Of a stretch of DNA of 64,000 nt, positions 52,189-64,000 are shown piece after piece (positions within the stretch are counted from its first letter, which is position 1; every line of letters begins with the position of its first letter). A program made the translations under genes and the position numbers. The DNA is from the human T2T-CHM13v2.0 reference genome, Homo sapiens. Where the stretch lies: the NCBI RefSeq assembly GCF_009914755.1, contig NC_060930.1. One strand, 5' to 3'. Below the pieces are notes generated by a model. It was not told where the DNA came from. It saw nothing but the letters and a program-made list of their open reading frames with translations, and searched no databases.

Positions 52189-52803
52189 GACAGTAAGCAC
52201 TATATAAGTGTTAGCTATTATTATCTTTAATTCCCAGGCAAGAAAATCTGATTGGCTGAGTTTGAGCCAGTGGTTCACTCCTGGCCTAATCCCCTAATTG
52301 TGCACTACATATCACTAGGTACTAGTCCTCTAGAGCATTTGTCTCAATTGTAATTTAAGATTTGATTGAGGACTGTATTCACAACTAGACTGTGGGACCA
52401 TCTTCTTTTGTCCACCATTCTATTCTCAGTGCCTAGCACAGTAGCTATAATCTGGACGAAATATAATTGTACTGTATACCACTTACATTGTACTTTATGT
52501 GCAGCATATATATATATATACATAAATAGCTTGATGGTGGTCAAGTCCCGATAAATATGTGTTGAAGACTGAATTAATGGTCCCCTCCACTATGGCTGGA
52601 GATGCAGCTGTGTGGCTGCAGAGGTCTACCCTCAGGGATGGAGAAGTTATTTCCTAATAAAGGGGTATAAGCCAAACAGAAACCTCCAAATGTATCTGCC
52701 ATTGCCAGGCACAGGGAATACAAAGTCAAATAGATGTTTGGCAGACATTGTTGGCAGCATAACCGGTTCCTCCCTCTCACCTCCTTCATCCTTAGTTTGG
52801 TAA

Positions 52804-53604
<801 letters not shown>

Positions 53605-53719
53605 ACATGTTTTTGTTGTTTAAGCCACTCTAGGCAAGCACACTCTTGTAGCCAAACACAATGTAACTGATAACTATAGTCCCCTTACCTTAGGAACTGA
53701 AAATGTGGAAGGAAGACAG

Positions 53720-57660
<3,941 letters not shown>

Positions 57661-58410
57661 AGAGCGGCAGATGGAAGGGTTCTTCCTTGAGTGGAAGCTT
57701 TAGCAAAGGCAGTTTCAGTGGAGTGGCAGGGATGGAAGCCAGAATGGTGTGTTGAAGGCTGCGTTGAAGCTAACAACATGAAAGACAGCTAATGCAGTCA
57801 GCTCATTAAAGACATGTTGTTGAAAATAGGAGCAGATTATATTATCACAAAGCAGTGAAAATGATCATTTGCAGAGCAAACTTCTTTCTCACAAGGCAGA
57901 AGGAGGGTGAGCTAGGGTGAATATAAGAGGCTGGCTGTGATTGAGCTGAACGTAGGGGCAAGAACAGAGCTGCAGCCTGGGAGCCCTTCTCATAAAGAGG
58001 GAGATTTAGGAGTCTTCTTCGTTGGTCGCCCAAAGACTGTCTGCCCACTTGGAGATAAGCAAGCAAGATCTCCAAGCAGCTCAGCCACTGCCTGCTTTGG
58101 CTCTCATGAGACCTCCTGCCAGGAATCCCCATTAATCAAAGTCTGGGAACAAAAGCAGACCAGTCAGTTCCCAGGAGCGCTCACATGTCTTGCAGGCTGG
58201 CTTGGGCTTTCTGTTTCTTTCGGGGTCATTGCTCTGACTACCCACAAATATAACTTAAAATCTCATCTCAATGTGACTTTCTGGTGATGTTTTAAAAGCC
58301 TATCAGGGAAACTGAGCATTTGCATCTTTGGAAGTTTATTCGAGGGACTAGCTAGGAAAACTCAATGTGGAAAAGTACAAGAGAGAAATGATCACATTGA
58401 AAGGTCATGT

Positions 58411-59700
<1,290 letters not shown>

Positions 59701-60329
59701 AATTTTAAGCAAGAAAGAAAAAAAAATCAGATTCGTGATAAGCTTGTCCCAAAACCTCAGGTAAGATTGATAGTCCATTTTAGGGTGCTGCTTGCCTCCT
59801 CTTCCATCTCTCCGCCTTTGGAGAGCAGATACCTGTCCATGCTTCTTCAAAGGGTGGAATGAGATCCCATCCATCTTACATGTATTCAACAGTAGCTTAT
59901 TGAATGCTTCCTGTGTTCAGGGAGCTCTTCTAGGTATTGAAGAAGTGGCTGTGAATGAAAATAGACAAAACCAGACTGAGATAATGGTATGTAAAGTGTG
60001 ATATGAATATGGGGGTCAGGCTCGCTCAATGCTTTTGCCATTTCCATATGGGATGATTCCAACAAGATACTTATAGTCAAGCTGTTAGAAATAAAGGCTT
60101 CCTTTCCCCTCTCCAGCTACCCCAATAAATCTGGGTCATTCATCATTGTTGTTCAGTTTGTACTGAGCAGCCCCAGTTAAGTGAGCTATGGTTATATTGA
60201 AATATCCACTTGGCCACGAATTGAGTGAAGGTGGGAGGTTCCTCCTGCTAATTCTCCTCCCCTCCCAATACACTTCCTGGCAACCCCCACGCGGAAAACC
60301 TCACCCTACTATAGGCCCCCTTCCTCCCA

Positions 60330-61300
60330 CTCTTCAGAAGGCGGTGGCCCCACCCAGGAGAGGGCTGCAGATCGGGGCCAGCCCCAGGGCCTCCGCGGTG
60401 CCACCTCTCTCTCGCGAGGGTCCCTGCCGTGCCCCGGCTCGCCGCTGGGAGGCGCTGCGGCACCGGCGTAGGAGCCGCCGGCAGGGGTGGGGCGGGGCCG
60501 GCGGGACGGGGCAGAGGGCCCTGCGGCGGCGGACGCGGCGGGCTCGGCCACAGGTAACCCGCAGGAGCCGAGAGCGCTGCCTGGCGCGCGGGCGGCTGGA
60601 GGCACGGCGCTGGGCGGCGCCGAGGCCCTGGGGCCGCCGGAGCCAGCGGGAGCCAGTCCCCGTCTTCGCCCCTCGCCCCCCACCGTGTCGCCGGCCTTGG
60701 TCCCTGCGGCGCGGACGTCCGGCGCGGGAGAGAAAGGTACCAGGCGACCTCGCCGGCTCCCTGGGACCCCCGCTTACACCGGGGTGGGCGCCTCAGGTCG
60801 GGGAGGACGCTGTCGGGGGAAGGGGGCGCTGCTCCCTCGGCACCCCAGGATCGCCGACTGCCCGCGGAGGAGACCCGGACACCGCGCCTCGCCCCCTGGC
60901 CTGCGGCCTCCGAAAACGCCCGGCGCGAGGGGGTCCCCCCGGGGCGCCTCCCTCTTCGCCTGGCATCAGTTGCCTCCCTGGAATATGGAACTTCGGGCGA
61001 GGGAGGTGGAGAACTTTCTTCTGGGGCTCGTCCCTCGTTCTCCTGCTCGCTTGCAGTTTGAAGGAAGGGCGGTGGGGGCGGGGGTCCGAGTACCCCGCGG
61101 TCTGCGGCGCGTAGGAGGGTAGGTCCCTGGCCTGCGGCCGCCTCCGAATGACCCCGTCCCTCCCCGCCCTGGACGACAGCACTAGGGTGCAGTCGCAGGA
61201 GAGGGGCCGATACCCCTCAGGAGCCCCATCGGCGAAGCCTCAGCAAGTGGCATCTCCCGGGGTCCAGAGAGTCGGCGTGCTGTCTGGTTTGGGTCCAGAC
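60330..61300. promoter_or_regulatory. CpG island / probable ANKRD6 promoter
   Basis: Very high GC/CpG; GC box GGGGCGGGGC at 60489-60498; plus-strand splice donors downstream. Confidence 0.9.
60513..60736 (+). other. ANKRD6: Probable non-coding first exon of ANKRD6 (boundaries approximate)
   Basis: Follows a GC box in the CpG island; candidate donors AAG|GTACCA (60736) and CAG|GTAACC (60553). Identity rests on recalled head-to-head gene order RRAGD/ANKRD6; no ANKRD6 coding sequence is in the window. Confidence 0.65.
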
Positions 61301-61849
61301 ATCAGCTCACCCAAGCTTATCTTGGGCTTTTAAGTGTGTTGCTTCCGGTAGATCTCGGGGACTGGAGGGGAAGTGCAGCATTATTTGTGACCCAAGAGGG
61401 ACTTGAATGTCTCAAAGCTGGTCAAGAATGTTTCCCCCGCGAGGTAGCATGAGATGGGTCACGTGGTAGTAAAGAGCCACTTCGGGCCCGTGAGATGGAG
61501 TTCTGACTCCACCACTTGTTAGGTGTGTGACTTTGGAAAACCCACTTCTTTAAACCTTAGTTTTTAGAACTCTAAACTGCAGGTATTGTACATAACCTCG
61601 TAGTATTGTGTTCATGCAGTGAAGTGATGGGAATGAAATGCTTGGCATTGTACTCTTGTGTGTTAGACACCTTTTGCGAACCTGTTGGATGTTGAATTCA
61701 TTCATGCTTAGGTTCTGTTAGGCCAGTGTAAGTGGAAAGAACTTGGGCAATGAAGACAAACACACCTGGGTCCAAGGTGGTCCCATCCATGGTATACTGA
61801 TTGGGGGTTTCTCATCCCCAAAACACCAATAGCAGCCTTGGCGGGGTTT

Positions 61850-62085
61850 TTGTTGTTGTTGTTTTGAGACAGAGTTTCGCTCTGTTGCCCAGGCTGTAAG
61901 CTTTGACCTCCTTAGCTCAACCGATCTTCCCACCTCAGCCTGGGACCACCACACCTGGCTAATTTTGAATTTTTTTATTTTACTAGAGACAGAGTCTCAC
62001 TGTGTTGCCTAAGCTGGTCTCGAACTCCTCCTGTCTCAGCCTCCCAAAGTGTTGGGATTACAGGTGTGAGCCACTGTACTGGTCT
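61850..62085 (-). mobile_element. Degenerate reverse Alu
   Basis: Alu arms with internal deletions. Confidence 0.8.
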
Positions 62086-63889
62086 GCAGCCTTGTTCTTG
62101 AGTGTAGTAGGTGTGTCTATACCGATACATGTTACACTTTGTCATCTTTAGTATTTGTTTAGCATATGGTAACAAAAAATTTTTTAAAAATTAGGGATAC
62201 AAATTAAAATTGGGGAGTATTTTCTGCCCTCTAGGTCATACTGGACATGGGGGAAGGGTAGAAGAGGGATGAAGAGGAATTAAAGAGACCAGAAAACAAC
62301 TAGTCGCAGTGTTGGGAGGTATAAACCAATGGTAATTTTTAAAAATGTGAATTTATTAACTCCTTGTTTTTTCATGGTGGCACCAAAAATTAATCTTAGT
62401 CTCCCACTTAAACTCATCAGCCTCCCCAAAGCCTTTCCAGATAAGCATATGCTCCATGTAAAAGCAGACTGCCTGCGATCCAACTCAGCTTAGAGACAAG
62501 GCACACTTCCAACTCCCAAGGCCTCCTTCTTGTATAGAGATGCTGGTGCTGCCACTGTGAAATACATCATACACTCAGACAGTATAAACCTTAGAGTGCA
62601 ATGTAAAGAATAACAATAGATCACACCCAAGTACGAGTCACCCGGCTGAAGAACTAGAACATCGCCAGGCCCCTGGAGCCCCTGAGTACCCCTCTCCATT
62701 GCCTTCCACTCACTTCTCGCCTCCCACCCAAGGAACCACTATTCTGGATGTTGTGTTAACTTTTTCCCTTGCTTATATGAAAAACCCTGAGGAAAGGAAG
62801 TTTCCCAACAAGCATTTCCACAATAACCTGGAGCATTCTTTATTTTTCTTTTTTTCTCAAGGAGCATTGTTATTGAACTTAAAAGCAGGCTATTGAGGGT
62901 AAGATACAAACCACAAAAAAGCCGAAAGTCTCAAAGTCGGGGGATCTTTTAGTCTCTGTCTTCTTCCAAGTTTCTCCTGTCTCCCTGGCACGGATCCCGA
63001 AGGTGTGTTCTGTCTGTGTAGGGGAGACCCAGTCTCTTCCAACATAGATTGATGGCTGTGATTTTAAAAGCTTTGCTTGAGTCCCTAAGAAGTGGGAAAA
63101 CAGTAATTTGGGTGCGTGCGTTTTAGAAGTTTTTTTAAAAATGCAAATTATCCAGAAGGCATTGTGTGGGATTTGAAGGATTAAGCTAAGAGTGACCTTT
63201 AAAAATGGTTTTAACAACCCAAATTCCTCTTCCTGGTTGATATGTTTGTGTTATTGTCTTTGTTTTATTTCTTCAAGGTCACATGGCTTTCCTTGGTGAA
63301 TCTTACACTGTTTTGTTACTTCTTGGTTAAGGCAAAGATTCTGAAACTTGGTTTCATGGAGCCCTTAGTGTCTGAGTTAATTTTTTCACAATTCCCTTAG
63401 GCTTCAGTAGTTAGTAATTTTTTCACAATTCCCTTAGGTTTCAGTAGTTAGTAGTTAGGTTCAAACAACTGAGTATTTACTTAGAAGTTGTTTGAAAAAA
63501 TAATATACATAAACTGAGAGAAAAAATATTTTACATCCTTTAAAGTCATAATTACTAACCGTATGTGTGTGCCTATACTACTTTTCAAACCTTGGGATCG
63601 TGTTGGACACTGCCACTCTCATTTCCTGTTTCACATTAATATTTCCGCAGCATTTGGCTTTTATCACAGCAGCCACAGAAAACCCAGCTTTGCAAAGATG
63701 TATTGTCTTGGATAGGAATGTAACATGATCTACTGTTGAAACTGCAAACTACCTCCAGTTAATAGGTTCAGCAGTGTCCAGACATGTTTGGTATACTAGT
63801 TTCCATTGAAATTTTCAGATTTTCTACATTGCCCATTTTAATTTGCTATAGTTGCAAAACACCCAGTCAGGGGGTCCAAAATAGTAAAC

Positions 63890-64000
63890 TTTGAAAACAT
63901 TATGCTAGGTGAAATAAGTTAGTCACAGAAGGGACAATATTGTATGATTCTGTTTATATTAGGTACCTAGAGTAGTCATACACATGGAGACAGAAAGTAG
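63890..64000 (+). mobile_element. L1M 3' UTR fragment (runs off window)
   Basis: aacattatgctaggtgaaataag...attgtatgattc...gagacagaaagtag. Confidence 0.75.

Noticed and set aside
51812-52207. 131-aa ORF
   Set aside because: Lies entirely within the THE1 LTR.
60188-61182. 308-aa and 211-aa ORFs in the second CpG island
   Set aside because: Low-complexity CpG-island artefacts with no ankyrin repeats or recognisable domain.

Overview
Primate, almost certainly human, genomic DNA: Alu-dense, with L1/L2/MIR/MaLR/Tigger/Charlie repeats and two CpG islands. The minus strand carries coding exons 1-5 of RRAGD (Rag GTPase D): 39358-39211, 14943-14648, 7714-7515, 6685-6571 and 5160-5018. These give 902 nt of in-frame CDS with canonical GT-AG junctions, and the remaining exons lie left of the window. 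The RRAGD CpG-island promoter (~38.5-40.2 kb) has three MiT/TFE-type E-boxes. A second CpG island at ~60.3-61.3 kb appears to be a divergent plus-strand promoter and non-coding first exon, assigned to ANKRD6 from recalled gene order on 6q15 rather than from coding sequence. Between the islands is a NACA processed pseudogene (49349-50422, minus) that the ORF track misses. Most ORF-track entries are Alu/L1/CpG-island artefacts. I found no evidence of a wholly new multi-gene system. The best leads are: (1) exons 3-4 are a 315-nt, phase-0/phase-0, stop-free cassette bracketed by inverted Alus, predicting a circRNA with an endless reading frame; (2) the NACA retrocopy appears to record an exon-2-skipped transcript; (3) an old local duplication in intron 1 carries CCAAT and octamer motifs around a collapsed inverted Alu pair. 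Repeat boundaries and subfamilies were read by eye and are approximate.
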